Positions 30,021 to 40,704 of a stretch of DNA of 64,000 nucleotides are shown piece after piece (within the stretch, counting starts at the first letter, position 1; every line of letters starts with the position of its first letter). Location: the sequence record SRR20825019_46; one strand, given 5' to 3'. A program made the position numbers and the translations under genes. The notes beneath the pieces are model-generated. The model was not told the origin of the DNA and did not search any database. It saw nothing but the letters and a program-made list of their open reading frames with translations.

Positions 30021-30521
30021 TTATTGAAATTCAATCAACAATTGCTTCTTGTCCACAGCCTCACCTTTTGATACACTTACTGTTTTGATCACTCCGCTTC
30101 TGGGAGAGGTGATGATGTTTTCCATTTTCATGGCTTCCAAAATCAATAATTGGTCTTCTTCGTTCACCTCTTGGCCTTCTTCCACCAAAATATCCAGAAT
30201 CAGACCTGGCATAGGGGCCGAAATGGAGTCTATGTTTTTTCCCGCATTGACGGCAAATCCCATTTTTTGGATAAGCTCATCCAAAGGCGTTTGTATCGAG
30301 GTCTCAAATTCAGTCCCGTTCACACTAAGGGTATATCTGCCCCTATTAAAGTCAGAGTGCAGAATTTTCAGGTGGTAGGAAGTACCATTTTGAAGCAAAT
30401 GGTACGCATTCTCACCAGTTTTGATCAAATCCAACGAAGAAATAGTGTCCTTGGAAAGTTTAAAGTCAAAGTCATCGCCAACCTTGACCGTATAAGAATC
30501 ATTCATATAGAAATTTTCCAT
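30021..30521 (-). CDS. Biotin carboxyl carrier protein
   Basis: APMPG..LEAMKMEN biotinylation motif; alternative start 30506. Confidence 0.92.
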   Translation of the reverse strand: MENFYMNDSYTVKVGDDFDFKLSKDTISSLDLIKTGENAYHLLQNGTSYHLKILHSDFNRGRYTLSVNGTEFETSIQTPLDELIQKMGFAVNAGKNIDSISAPMPGLILDILVEEGQEVNEEDQLLILEAMKMENIITSPRSGVIKTVSVSKGEAVDKKQLLIEFQ

Positions 30522-30674
30522 TGGTTAGCTTGATAAATATAAGGTTAATGGATTGAAATTACACAAAGCTAACTCCTTAAACTGGTAAGATTTATGACAT
30601 AGATCATTCATTTTTTTGCAAATGATCAGTAATTATGTTGTATCATAGAGAAGCAGTAGATACAATCATTTGTT

Positions 30675-30682
30675 TATTTTTG
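30675..30682 (+). promoter_or_regulatory. -7 element for the udk operon
   Basis: TATTTTTG 17 nt upstream of the udk ATG. Confidence 0.55.
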
Positions 30683-30699
30683 ATGACAAATTTTGAACT

Positions 30700-31308
30700 A
30701 TGTTGATTCTAGGGATTGCCGGTGGCACAGGATGCGGAAAAACAACGGTGGTCAACCAAATTGTAGAGCAATTGCCCAAAGACGAGGTTGGTGTGATTTC
30801 GCAGGATTCCTACTATAACGATCTTTCCCATATGAGCAGGGAAGAAAGGGCGAAGATCAATTTTGATCACCCCAATTCCATCGATTTTGATCTATTGATC
30901 GAGCATATTCATCAGCTGAGGGAAGGAAAGACCGTGGAAACCCCAATTTATTCCTTTGTGGAAGAAACACGCATGAAGGAAACCGTTTCCACAAGCCCTA
31001 GAAAAGTAATGATCGTGGAAGGCATTTTGGTGTTGAGCAATCCCAAATTGAGAGATTTGTTCGATATAAAAATATTCGTCCACGCCGATTCGGACGAACG
31101 CTTGATACGAAGACTGCAGCGGGACACCCAAGAACGGGGACATGACCTAAAAAAAGTGCTTACCCGATACCAAACGGCAGTAAAGCCGATGCACCTTCAA
31201 TTTATAGAACCGTCGAAAGAGTTTGCGGACATCATTATCCCAAACAATCATTACAATACAGTTGCGGTAGATATCGTAAGGACCATCATCAACAACAAAC
31301 TTGCGTAA
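30700..31308 (+). CDS. udk: Uridine kinase
   Basis: GIAGGTGCGKTT P-loop, SQDSYY, NFDHP, IVEGIL, RRLQRDTQERG, FIEPSK.ADIIIP. Confidence 0.95.
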   Translation: MLILGIAGGTGCGKTTVVNQIVEQLPKDEVGVISQDSYYNDLSHMSREERAKINFDHPNSIDFDLLIEHIHQLREGKTVETPIYSFVEETRMKETVSTSPRKVMIVEGILVLSNPKLRDLFDIKIFVHADSDERLIRRLQRDTQERGHDLKKVLTRYQTAVKPMHLQFIEPSKEFADIIIPNNHYNTVAVDIVRTIINNKLA

Positions 31309-31309
31309 C

Positions 31310-31642
31310 ATGGGGCTAAAGGAGTTGCGAAAAAAGAAATGGTTCAAGATTATGACCAACACCTATATACTGGTGTTGAGCATTTTTGTGATATGGATGG
31401 CTTTTTTCGACACCAATTCCCTCATGATTCATTTGGAGCTTGAAAATGAAATCGATAAGTTGGAAAAAGAGAAGGAGTTTCTTAAGGGCGAGATTGCCAA
31501 GGACAAAGAGATCTTGAAAAAGATGTCCGATGAAAAAGAACTTGAGAAGCTTGCCCGCGAGAAATACTATATGAAAAAGGACAACGAAGAAATATTCCTT
31601 ATTGAATATGAAGACAGTCTAAAGAACAAGCAAGATGAGTGA
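31310..31642 (+). CDS. FtsB/DivIC septum-formation initiator family protein
   Basis: Single TM, coiled coil, LEKLAREKYYMKKDNEEIF motif; ATG at 31310. Confidence 0.85.
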   Translation: MGLKELRKKKWFKIMTNTYILVLSIFVIWMAFFDTNSLMIHLELENEIDKLEKEKEFLKGEIAKDKEILKKMSDEKELEKLAREKYYMKKDNEEIFLIEYEDSLKNKQDE

Positions 31643-33023
31643 CACTGGCCTATTTAGTGAATTCCCAGAAGTATCCACCAAACAATGGAAGCAACAAATC
31701 CAGGTGGACCTTAAAGGTGCGGATTATAACGAAGCCTTGGTGTGGGAATCTTTGGAGGGAATCAACGTAAAGCCTTTTTATCATCAAGAAGACCTGGAGC
31801 GAATCCCCACCTTTTCATTGCCAAAAGACCATAAGTGGTCAGTAGCCCAATCCATTTATGCGGGAGATGCAGCAAAAGCAAATACCAAGGCAAAAGAAGT
31901 CCTAAACAAGGGGACGGAAAGTTTAATCTTTAAAGTTCCCACTGAAGAAATTGATTTTGAAGCGTTGTTCGCAGGCATCAATCTAGAAGGAATTGAAAGT
32001 TACTTCAATTTTGAGTTTTTGGCCTTGGAACCGCTCAAAAAGTTGGTCAACCTACTCAAAAACAAAAAAGCAAAGGCCCATTTAAATATCGACATCATCG
32101 GTCATTTGGCCAAAGATGGCAATTGGTTCCACAATTTGGAAAAAGACCATGACCTATTGACCGAATTGGCGTCGCTGGGCACTTCGGACATATCAATTGT
32201 TGGGGTTGACCTGTCACTTTATCAAAATTCGGGTGCGAACATGGTCCAGCAGTTGGCCTACGGTCTGGCACACGCCAATGAATATTTAAACCATGCTGTC
32301 ACTTCGAGCGCAGTCGAGAAGTCTTTCCCCGTTACTTTTAAAGTGGCGGTGGGCAGCAATTATTTCTTCGAAATAGCCAAAATAAAGGCCTTGCGATGGC
32401 TTTGGAACAGCTTGGCAGCCGAATACGGAATCAACAAAAGCGAATGCAACATTTTGGCCGTACCATCAAAGCGAAACAAAACTTTGTACGACTATAATGT
32501 GAACATGCTGCGCACCACTTCTGAATGCATGTCGGCAGTTTTGGGAGGAGCGGACACCGTTTGCAATATGGCCTACGATGCCTTGTACCATAAAGACAAC
32601 GAATTTGGCGAGCGCATTGCACGCAACCAATTATTGTTGTTAAAAGAAGAAGCCTATTTCACCGGGGCGTCACAAATGGCGGAAGGGTCCTATTATATTG
32701 AATCGCTCACCAATCAATTGGCTGAAAAAGCCTTGGTTCTTTTTAAGCAGATTGAAAAAGCAGGTGGTTTTCTGGACAGTTTGAAAAAGGGAATGGTTCA
32801 GCAAAAAATAAAAGAAAGTGCCGAAAAAGAGCAGCAGCTTTTTGATGAAGGCAAAATAGTTTCCCTGGGGACCAACAAATATCAGAATCCCGAAAATCGG
32901 ATGAAGGACAACTTGGAACTCTACCCCTTTGTAAAAACCAAAGCGCGGAAAACAATCATTGAGCCGATCATTGAAAAAAGGTTGGCCGAGGCATCTGAAC
33001 AAAAAAGATTGAACGATGAGTAG
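31635..33023 (+). CDS. Methylmalonyl-CoA mutase small (non-catalytic) subunit
   Basis: [47 protein letters not shown]; no B12-binding domain. Confidence 0.9.
   Translation: MSDTGLFSEFPEVSTKQWKQQIQVDLKGADYNEALVWESLEGINVKPFYHQEDLERIPTFSLPKDHKWSVAQSIYAGDAAKANTKAKEVLNKGTESLIFKVPTEEIDFEALFAGINLEGIESYFNFEFLALEPLKKLVNLLKNKKAKAHLNIDIIGHLAKDGNWFHNLEKDHDLLTELASLGTSDISIVGVDLSLYQNSGANMVQQLAYGLAHANEYLNHAVTSSAVEKSFPVTFKVAVGSNYFFEIAKIKALRWLWNSLAAEYGINKSECNILAVPSKRNKTLYDYNVNMLRTTSECMSAVLGGADTVCNMAYDALYHKDNEFGERIARNQLLLLKEEAYFTGASQMAEGSYYIESLTNQLAEKALVLFKQIEKAGGFLDSLKKGMVQQKIKESAEKEQQLFDEGKIVSLGTNKYQNPENRMKDNLELYPFVKTKARKTIIEPIIEKRLAEASEQKRLNDE
32297..32323 (+). repeat. REP-like palindromic element read in frame inside the mutase small subunit
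   Basis: TGTC-ACTTCGA-GCGCAG-TCGAGAAGT-C: bulged hairpin preceded by a TGTC tetranucleotide; encodes VTSSAVEK. Single copy seen in this window. Confidence 0.55.
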
Positions 33024-35088
33024 AAAAGACCTTCAACATCTGGAGTTGGCTGTCGGGTCGAAACCTGCCGGACCCCAAAACTACGGCCACGAAAACTTCG
33101 CTGCGGGCATCTCGCCATTTTTACGTGGTCCCTACTCCACCATGTATGTACGTAGACCTTGGACCATCCGTCAATATGCGGGATTTTCCACTGCAGAAGA
33201 GAGCAATGCATTTTACCGAAGAAACTTGGAGGCGGGCCAAAAAGGACTTTCTGTTGCCTTTGACCTCCCCACGCATAGAGGCTACGACTCAGACAACGAC
33301 CGCGTGGTCGGCGACGTAGGAAAAGCCGGAGTCGCCATAGATTCCATTGAGGATATGAAAATTTTGTTCAACGGCATTCCTCTGGACAAAATGTCGGTTT
33401 CCATGACCATGAATGGCGCTGTGATTCCCATAATGGCCTTTTACATCGTTGCAGGTCTGGAGCAAGGTGTTTCCATGGAGCAACTTTCGGGAACCATTCA
33501 AAACGATATTTTGAAGGAATTCATGGTACGGAACACCTATATCTACCCACCTACTCCCTCCATGCAACTCGTTGCGGATATTTTTGAATTTACCAGTAAA
33601 CATATGCCCCGGTTCAACAGCATCAGTATTTCTGGCTACCACATGCACGAAGCCGGAGCTCCTGCATCCATGGAACTGGCCTATACTTTGGCCGATGGTG
33701 TTGAATACATCCGAACCGGAATAAAAGCAGGTCTTAAAATTGATGAATTTGCTCCACGCCTATCCTTTTTCTGGGGTATTGGAATGAATCATTTCGCAGA
33801 AATCGCGAAAATGCGCGCAGGAAGAATGCTCTGGGCAAAATTGGTGGATCAATTCAATCCTACGAACCCAAAATCCTCCATGCTCCGTACCCACAGTCAA
33901 ACCAGCGGATGGAGCTTAACGGAGCAGGACCCCTTCAACAATGTGGCCAGAACAACCATTGAGGCGATGGCAGCGGCATTTGGTGGCACGCAAAGCCTTC
34001 ACACCAACGCTTTGGACGAAGCCATTGCATTGCCCACCGATTTTTCAGCGCGAATAGCACGGAACACGCAAATCTATTTGCAACAAGAAACCCATATCAC
34101 CAAAACGGTAGACCCTTGGGCCGGAAGCCGAAAAGTAGAGCAATTGACCCGAGAAATTGCCGAAAAAGCTTGGGAATTAATCCAAGAAGTGGAAAAATTG
34201 GGCGGGATGACGAAAGCCATTGAAAAAGGCATCCCAAAAATGCGGATTGAAGAGGCCGCAGCAAAGAAACAGGCCCGAATTGATAGTGGACAAGATGTTA
34301 TCGTCGGGGTGAACAAATACCGATTGGAAAATGAGGATGACCTTCAAATTTTAGAAGTGGACAATGCCAAGGTTCGAAAACAACAAATGGCAAGGCTTGA
34401 CCAAATCCGAAGTAGTAGGGATTCCAAAAAAGTGGAAAAAGCACTCGAAGCTATCCGCATGGCAGCCAAAAAAGCCAATGAAAACAATTCCGACCGTGAA
34501 AATTTATTAGCTTTAGCCGTAGAAGCGGCCAAAGAGCGGGCTACCTTGGAGGAGATCAGTGGTGCCATGGAAAGTGCATTTGGACGCTACAGCGCAAAAA
34601 TTCAATCCTTTACCGGCGTGTATTCCAAAGAAATTAAAAACGACGAAAGTTTTGAAAACGCCCGCAAATTGGCAGACAAGTTTGCCGAGCAAGAAGGGCG
34701 TAGACCTCGTATTATGGTCGCCAAAATGGGTCAGGATGGACACGACCGTGGTGCCAAAGTGGTAGCCACAGGATATGCAGACCTTGGTTTTGATGTGGAT
34801 ATTGGACCCTTGTTCCAGACCCCTGCCGAAGTAGCCAAGCAAGCGATTGAAAACGATGTGCATGTGTTGGGGATATCTTCGTTAGCGGGAGGCCACAAAA
34901 CCTTGGTTCCAGAGGTAGTCCAAGAACTCAAAAAATACGGTCGCGAAGACATTATGGTCATTGTAGGAGGTGTGATACCAAAACAAGATTACAAGCATTT
35001 GTTGGACAATGGGGCCGTGGCCGTATTCGGTCCTGGCACTAAAATAGCCGATGCCGCAACTCAAATCCTCAACATTCTTTTAGATTGA
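33016..35088 (+). CDS. scpA: Methylmalonyl-CoA mutase large (catalytic, B12-binding) subunit
   Basis: [48 protein letters not shown]12 motif, SSLAGGH. Confidence 0.95.
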   Translation: MSRKDLQHLELAVGSKPAGPQNYGHENFAAGISPFLRGPYSTMYVRRPWTIRQYAGFSTAEESNAFYRRNLEAGQKGLSVAFDLPTHRGYDSDNDRVVGDVGKAGVAIDSIEDMKILFNGIPLDKMSVSMTMNGAVIPIMAFYIVAGLEQGVSMEQLSGTIQNDILKEFMVRNTYIYPPTPSMQLVADIFEFTSKHMPRFNSISISGYHMHEAGAPASMELAYTLADGVEYIRTGIKAGLKIDEFAPRLSFFWGIGMNHFAEIAKMRAGRMLWAKLVDQFNPTNPKSSMLRTHSQTSGWSLTEQDPFNNVARTTIEAMAAAFGGTQSLHTNALDEAIALPTDFSARIARNTQIYLQQETHITKTVDPWAGSRKVEQLTREIAEKAWELIQEVEKLGGMTKAIEKGIPKMRIEEAAAKKQARIDSGQDVIVGVNKYRLENEDDLQILEVDNAKVRKQQMARLDQIRSSRDSKKVEKALEAIRMAAKKANENNSDRENLLALAVEAAKERATLEEISGAMESAFGRYSAKIQSFTGVYSKEIKNDESFENARKLADKFAEQEGRRPRIMVAKMGQDGHDRGAKVVATGYADLGFDVDIGPLFQTPAEVAKQAIENDVHVLGISSLAGGHKTLVPEVVQELKKYGREDIMVIVGGVIPKQDYKHLLDNGAVAVFGPGTKIADAATQILNILLD

Positions 35089-35222
35089 ATCCTATAACGG
35101 TCTAATAAATATTAGTTTAACTTTATTTAACGCTAAATAGCAGGTTTATTCACCCCCTGTTAACAAATTACATTTTATCGCATCTTAAATAATCGTATTT
35201 TTAGCACCTAACTTACTATGAA

Positions 35223-35996
35223 ATGGGCAAGATTATTGCTATAGCAAACCAAAAGGGCGGAGTAGGAAAAACTACCACCACGGTAAACCTTGCAGCCTCC
35301 TTAGGTGTATTGGAAAAAAAGGTGTTATTGATTGATGCCGACCCCCAGGCCAATGCAACATCCGGTTTGGGAATTGATGTTGATTCCGTGGAAAACGGAA
35401 CCTATCAGCTTTTGGAACACACCATGAGCGTTGAGCAGGTCACCGTCTCCACCGATTCCCCGAACGTAGATTTGGTACCGGCCCATATTGACCTGGTCGC
35501 CATCGAGATTGAATTGGTGGACAAGGACAATAGGGAGTACATGCTCAAAGAAGCTTTAAAAAATCTTGGGGACAAATACGATTTTGTATTGATAGATTGC
35601 GCTCCATCATTGGGATTACTGACATTGAACGCCCTAACCGCGGCAGACTCCGTTATGATCCCGATACAATGTGAGTATTTTGCTTTGGAAGGCCTTGGCA
35701 AATTATTGAACACGGTAAAAAGTGTACAAAAAATACATAATAACGATTTGGACATCGAAGGAATGTTGTTGACCATGTACGATTCCAGGTTACGACTTTC
35801 CAACCAAGTTGTTGAAGAAGTGAAAAAACACTTCGCGGATATGGTCTTTGATACCATCATCCAGAGAAACGTTAGGCTGAGCGAAGCACCAAGTTATGGC
35901 GAGAGCATTATAAAATATGATGCAAGCAGCAAAGGTGCCTCCAATTATCTTAACTTAGCCAACGAAATTTTGAAGAAAAACAAGGAGAAAGTTTAG
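35223..35996 (+). CDS. parA: Chromosome partitioning ATPase ParA/Soj
   Basis: NQKGGVGKTTT deviant Walker A, DADPQAN, IDCAPSLG, QCEYFALEG, LSEAPSYG. Confidence 0.95.
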   Translation: MGKIIAIANQKGGVGKTTTTVNLAASLGVLEKKVLLIDADPQANATSGLGIDVDSVENGTYQLLEHTMSVEQVTVSTDSPNVDLVPAHIDLVAIEIELVDKDNREYMLKEALKNLGDKYDFVLIDCAPSLGLLTLNALTAADSVMIPIQCEYFALEGLGKLLNTVKSVQKIHNNDLDIEGMLLTMYDSRLRLSNQVVEEVKKHFADMVFDTIIQRNVRLSEAPSYGESIIKYDASSKGASNYLNLANEILKKNKEKV

Positions 35997-36902
35997 ATGG
36001 CGAAAGCAACAAAAAAACAGGCGTTGGGAAGAGGCCTGTCCGCTCTTTTAAATGATCCCGAAAATGATATTAAGTCAGTTTCGGACAAAAATGCGGACAA
36101 GGTTATAGGTAATGTTGTAGAATTGGATATCGATTCCATTGAAGTAAACCCATTTCAGCCACGTTCCAATTTTAACGACGAAACCCTTGAAGAACTGGCC
36201 AGTTCCATTCGCGAACTGGGCATCATACAGCCCATTACGGTAAGGAAACTGGACTTCAACAAATTTCAGTTGGTCTCAGGTGAACGGAGGTTCCGTGCAT
36301 CAAAATTGGTGGGATTGGAAACCATTCCTGCCTATATCCGCATTGCCAACGACCAAGAATCCTTGGAAATGGCCCTGGTGGAAAATATCCAAAGGCAAGA
36401 TCTTGACCCCATTGAAATTGCACTCTCTTACCAAAGACTTATAGACGAAATTGAAATCACCCAAGAAAAATTGAGTGATCGTGTGGGAAAAAAACGTTCC
36501 ACCATCACCAATTACCTTCGTTTGTTGAAATTGGACCCGATTATCCAAACCGGAATGCGGGATGGATTCATCAGTATGGGTCATGGTAGGGCACTTATCA
36601 ACATTGACAAGAAAAAAGACCAAATCGCCATTTATGAAAAGGTGGTTTCCGATGGCCTATCCGTAAGGGCCACCGAACAATTGGTGAAAGACCATAAAGA
36701 ACCCAAAAGTTCAGGTTCCGAAAAGAAAAAGAGCACTTTGGATGTTCCTGAATTTGTTTCCAGCAGTTTAGACTCCATCAAAGAGCGACTAGCGACCAAA
36801 GTGGACATTACCACTTCAAAAAACGGAAAAGGAAAAATTGTGATACCCTTCCATTCAGAGGAAGATTTTAAACGTATCAAAAAATTGTTGACTGGTGAAT
36901 AA
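35997..36902 (+). CDS. parB: Chromosome partitioning protein ParB/Spo0J
   Basis: ALGRGLSAL, NPFQPR, GIIQPI, SGERRFRA, ENIQRQDL, HTH KKRSTITNYLRLL. Confidence 0.95.
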   Translation: MAKATKKQALGRGLSALLNDPENDIKSVSDKNADKVIGNVVELDIDSIEVNPFQPRSNFNDETLEELASSIRELGIIQPITVRKLDFNKFQLVSGERRFRASKLVGLETIPAYIRIANDQESLEMALVENIQRQDLDPIEIALSYQRLIDEIEITQEKLSDRVGKKRSTITNYLRLLKLDPIIQTGMRDGFISMGHGRALINIDKKKDQIAIYEKVVSDGLSVRATEQLVKDHKEPKSSGSEKKKSTLDVPEFVSSSLDSIKERLATKVDITTSKNGKGKIVIPFHSEEDFKRIKKLLTGE

Positions 36903-37551
36903 AAACCTCCTTTTATTGCTCTTTGCCTTTTTGTTGTTTCATTCAGGTTTTTCCCAAGAAGAAGAGGAAAACAAAGAAAAGGAACAGCCTCAGCAAACCA
37001 AAGAGGTAGACTCTATTACCCAAACCATGGAAGGAGAAGGTGTTACTTTTGAGGAAGTAACAAAGCAAAAGAGCATCAATCCCCTTGCTCCCAGTAAAGC
37101 TGCGTTTTATTCAGCTGTTCTTCCGGGTCTTGGGCAAATCTATAACAAACGCTATTGGAAAGCACCCATAGTTTGGGGCGCCATAGGAACAGGAATTTAT
37201 GTCTATTCCTTCAACAACACCGAATATCGGAGAGCAAGGAATGCTTTTAAACGGCGACTTGCAGGTTTTGAGGATGATGAGTTCTGGGATTTGAACGGAG
37301 ATGGCAATGGTCCGGACCTAACATCCGAAGCACTGCAAGAAGCTCAAGAAAACACCCAACGGGATAGGGATTTGGCCTTGGTGATCACTATTGCCCTTTA
37401 TGCCCTGAACATTATTGACGCCAACGTGGACTCACACTTAAAACAGTATAATGTAAGCGACGACCTTGCCATTGACTTTAACCCTTATTTAGATATAAAT
37501 CCGTTTACCAACAAGCCAAACTACGGTATGGCGATGGTGATAAAATTTTAA
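36895..37551 (+). CDS. DUF5683-like membrane protein
   Basis: PSKAAFYSAVLPGLGQIYN..YWKAPI, NIIDANVDSHL; usual Bacteroidota position between parB and dapB; GTG start. Confidence 0.7.
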   Translation: MNKNLLLLLFAFLLFHSGFSQEEEENKEKEQPQQTKEVDSITQTMEGEGVTFEEVTKQKSINPLAPSKAAFYSAVLPGLGQIYNKRYWKAPIVWGAIGTGIYVYSFNNTEYRRARNAFKRRLAGFEDDEFWDLNGDGNGPDLTSEALQEAQENTQRDRDLALVITIALYALNIIDANVDSHLKQYNVSDDLAIDFNPYLDINPFTNKPNYGMAMVIKF

Positions 37552-37554
37552 TGT

Positions 37555-38256
37555 ATGAAGATTGGTCTGTTTGGATATGGCAAAATGGGAAAGATGATCG
37601 AGCAGATTGCTCAGGATAGAGGCCATTCCATAGTAGCAAAGATTGACGACCCTTCGCAGGATGTGGATTATTCTTCAATGGATGTTGCCATTGACTTTAG
37701 TACTCCAGAAGCCGCTTTTGACAATATCACCAATTGTTTTAAGAACAAGGTTCCCGTAATCAGTGGCACTACGGGATGGTTGGACAAGTATTCTGAAGCC
37801 ATCAAAATTTGTGAAGACAACAAGAGTGCATTTATATATGCCTCCAACTTTAGTTTGGGAGTAAATATCTTTTTTGAGCTGAACAAACAACTAGCCAAGA
37901 TGATGGCCGGATTGGATCAGTACAAGGTTGGCATGGAGGAGATACATCACACACAAAAGTTGGATGCCCCAAGCGGAACTGCCATTACTTTGGCCGAAGG
38001 AATTATTGAAAACACCACATACGAAAACTGGAAATTGGATGGATCGAGCGATAAAACAGTTTCGATAAAATCCATAAGGGAAGGCATGGTGCCCGGTACG
38101 CACAGTATTACTTATGAGAGTCCCGTGGACACTATCGAGATAAAACACGAAGCGCACAACAGGGAAGGGTTTGCTCTTGGAGCCGTAATAGCTTCGGAGT
38201 GGATACAGGGAAAAACAGGTGTTTTCTCTATGAAAGACGTGTTAAACCTAAGCTAA
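37555..38256 (+). CDS. dapB: 4-hydroxy-tetrahydrodipicolinate reductase
   Basis: GYGKMG, DVAIDFS, SGTTGW, ASNFSLGV, EIHHTQKLDAPSGTA, REGFALGA. Confidence 0.95.
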   Translation: MKIGLFGYGKMGKMIEQIAQDRGHSIVAKIDDPSQDVDYSSMDVAIDFSTPEAAFDNITNCFKNKVPVISGTTGWLDKYSEAIKICEDNKSAFIYASNFSLGVNIFFELNKQLAKMMAGLDQYKVGMEEIHHTQKLDAPSGTAITLAEGIIENTTYENWKLDGSSDKTVSIKSIREGMVPGTHSITYESPVDTIEIKHEAHNREGFALGAVIASEWIQGKTGVFSMKDVLNLS

Positions 38257-38306
38257 AAAACGTAACAGGAACATAGACCCAGAGTCTAACAAAGAAACTT
38301 ATTTAT

Positions 38307-40049
38307 ATGGACGGTATACAATGGATCATTTTTATTCTGATCATTCAGGTCATCCATTTCTTGGGAACTTGGAAACTCTACGTTAAGGCCGGCAGAAAAT
38401 CATGGGAAGCCGCCATCCCTGTCTATAACGGGATTGTTTTGATGAAAATCATAAATAGACCTGCTTGGTGGGTACTTTTATTGTTTATTCCCATCATCAA
38501 TTTATTGATGTTCCCCGTAGTTTGGGTGGAAACCATCCGCAGTTTTGGAAAAAAATCGCTTGTAGATACATGGTTGGTCATCCTTACCCTTGGTTTTTAT
38601 ATCTATTACATCAACTACGCAGAGGACGTAAAATATATCGAAGACCGCAGCCTAAAACCGACCACAGGTTTGGGAGAATGGGTAAGTTCCATTGTATTTG
38701 CCATTGTTGCCGCGACTTTTGTACACACGTATTTTATACAGCCTTATGTAATCCCAACGGGGTCACTGGAACGCACGCTACGTGTTGGTGACTTTTTGTT
38801 TGTGAGCAAATTTCATTATGGCGCTAGGGTCCCCATGACAACTTTGGCCGCCCCTATGGTCCATGATACGCTACCTGTGCTAAAAACAAGGTCTTACTTG
38901 GCCGATGTAAATCCGGAGACCCATAAAACCTCATGGATCAACAAATTGCAGTTGCCCTATATGCGTTTGCCCGGGTTTGAGAAAGTTGAAAAAAATGACA
39001 TTGTCGTTTTCAGTCTACCTTCGGATACGCTCTATCAATTTTTTAAGGCACAAAAAGCGGTCATAAAGCCTATCGATAAAAAATCCAACTACGTAAAACG
39101 CTGCGTGGGAACCCCCGGGGATTCCCTGGCAGTTATCGATGGTTTTGTGTATATCAACGGCGAACAGCTCAAGCTATCCGACCGCGCCAAGCCCATGTAT
39201 ATATATGACATCTATTCCAACAATGGAGTGTCGAGCAAGTATTTAGAAGATGTTGACGCTTCGGATTATGTTAGAAAGTACATTGCCAGCAATATCAGCG
39301 AAGCCCAATATAATGCCTTAGCTCCATTTATTTCAGGTGGACGCCCTACAGAAGATGGGAAAATTGAGCTCTATACCAGGGAAGGTGGAATACCCACTGA
39401 TGTAATCCGCCAATTAAGACTCTCATTATCCGAAGAAAAACCACGTTCGAGATCGGCCAACCTTACCGACGAAATGGTTGCCGCATTGGAACAAAATCCT
39501 GCCATTGATTCCGTGGTGAAAACAATTGACCCCAAAGGGATGTACGGTGGTAATATATTTCCACAAAAACCTAACCTGTACCCTTGGAACAACGACAATT
39601 TTGGACCTATTTATATTCCTAAGGCTGGAGCTACGGTAGACATCAATTCCAGGACCATCCCCTTTTACAAAAAAATTATCCGGGACTACGAACACAATGA
39701 CGTGAAAGTAACAGGTGGGAAAGTCCTCATCAACGGCAACGAAGCCAATTCTTACACATTTAAACAGGACTATTATTGGATGATGGGAGATAACCGCGAC
39801 CACTCCGAAGATAGTAGGACTTGGGGGTATGTACCTGCCGATCATATTGTGGGAAAACCAGTTTTCCTTTGGATGAGCTTTGACAACTTTAGACAGGGAA
39901 TCGCCAATTGGAGGGTTCGTTGGGACCGAGTTTTCACAACCGTTGGTGGTAGCGGGGAACCAGTATCCTACTTCTGGTATTTCATAGCCCTATTGGCTGC
40001 TTGGTTTATTTTTGATTTCTTCCGCAAGCGAAAGAAAAAGAATGTATAG
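38307..40049 (+). CDS. lepB: Signal peptidase I with N-terminal membrane extension
   Basis: IPTGSLERTL (Ser), NYVKRC (Lys), MMGDNRDHSEDSR..WG.VP. Confidence 0.93.
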   Translation: MDGIQWIIFILIIQVIHFLGTWKLYVKAGRKSWEAAIPVYNGIVLMKIINRPAWWVLLLFIPIINLLMFPVVWVETIRSFGKKSLVDTWLVILTLGFYIYYINYAEDVKYIEDRSLKPTTGLGEWVSSIVFAIVAATFVHTYFIQPYVIPTGSLERTLRVGDFLFVSKFHYGARVPMTTLAAPMVHDTLPVLKTRSYLADVNPETHKTSWINKLQLPYMRLPGFEKVEKNDIVVFSLPSDTLYQFFKAQKAVIKPIDKKSNYVKRCVGTPGDSLAVIDGFVYINGEQLKLSDRAKPMYIYDIYSNNGVSSKYLEDVDASDYVRKYIASNISEAQYNALAPFISGGRPTEDGKIELYTREGGIPTDVIRQLRLSLSEEKPRSRSANLTDEMVAALEQNPAIDSVVKTIDPKGMYGGNIFPQKPNLYPWNNDNFGPIYIPKAGATVDINSRTIPFYKKIIRDYEHNDVKVTGGKVLINGNEANSYTFKQDYYWMMGDNRDHSEDSRTWGYVPADHIVGKPVFLWMSFDNFRQGIANWRVRWDRVFTTVGGSGEPVSYFWYFIALLAAWFIFDFFRKRKKKNV

Positions 40050-40071
40050 GTAATTTAAACTCATCTGTTCT

Positions 40072-40704
40072 TTGAAAATTCTTATCCATCCTTCCTATTT
40101 TCCCAGCATTGCAACCTTTGCTACTATAGTTCAGCATGAGGTAATTTGGGAGGCGCACGATAATTTTCAGAAACAGACCTACCGGAACCGTTGTTATATT
40201 TCTACGGACAAGGGCAAACATATGCTCAATATCCCTATAAAACACGTTGGTGGCACTGAGGGACGTCAAAAGTATATTGATGTAAACACCGAAAATAGTT
40301 ACAATTGGAAAAAAGAGCATTGGCGCACTTTGGAAACGGCATACAGAACCTCGCCCTTCTTCGAATTTTATGAAGACGATATTCGACCTATCTACGAAGG
40401 AAACGAAGACTCGCTCTATAATCTGAACCTAAAAACCATTGAAGCCATTGCTGATTGTATTGGAATAAAAATTCCAACAGCTAAGACCGAAACGTACCAG
40501 ATTGAACCAACCACCTATTTTGATGCCCGATTTTTGGTAGAGGCCAAAAAAGAAAAAGATTGGAACATAGAACCTTATACACAGGTTTTTGAGGAGCGTC
40601 ATGGTTTTATACCCAATTTGAGCATCTTGGACCTCTTGTTCAATGAGGGCACCAATACACTAAGCTACTTAAAAAATCTATCTTTAGGTTTTACAAATGA
40701 CTAG
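40072..40704 (+). CDS. WbqC-like family protein
   Basis: FQKQTYRNRC, AYRTSPFFEFY, PNLSILDLLFNEG; TTG start. Confidence 0.85.
   Translation: MKILIHPSYFPSIATFATIVQHEVIWEAHDNFQKQTYRNRCYISTDKGKHMLNIPIKHVGGTEGRQKYIDVNTENSYNWKKEHWRTLETAYRTSPFFEFYEDDIRPIYEGNEDSLYNLNLKTIEAIADCIGIKIPTAKTETYQIEPTTYFDARFLVEAKKEKDWNIEPYTQVFEERHGFIPNLSILDLLFNEGTNTLSYLKNLSLGFTND

Noticed and set aside
30522-30699. Cobalamin riboswitch upstream of the mutase operon
   Set aside because: AT-rich spacer with no B12-box or conserved stems.
34540-34560. ATLEEIS instead of the usual ATLGEIS in the mutase large subunit
   Set aside because: Single substitution away from the catalytic and B12 motifs; effect cannot be judged from sequence.
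35089-36902. parS site or replication origin near parAB
   Set aside because: No TGTTTCACGTGAAACA-like palindrome or DnaA-box cluster was found by eye; this was not an exhaustive search.
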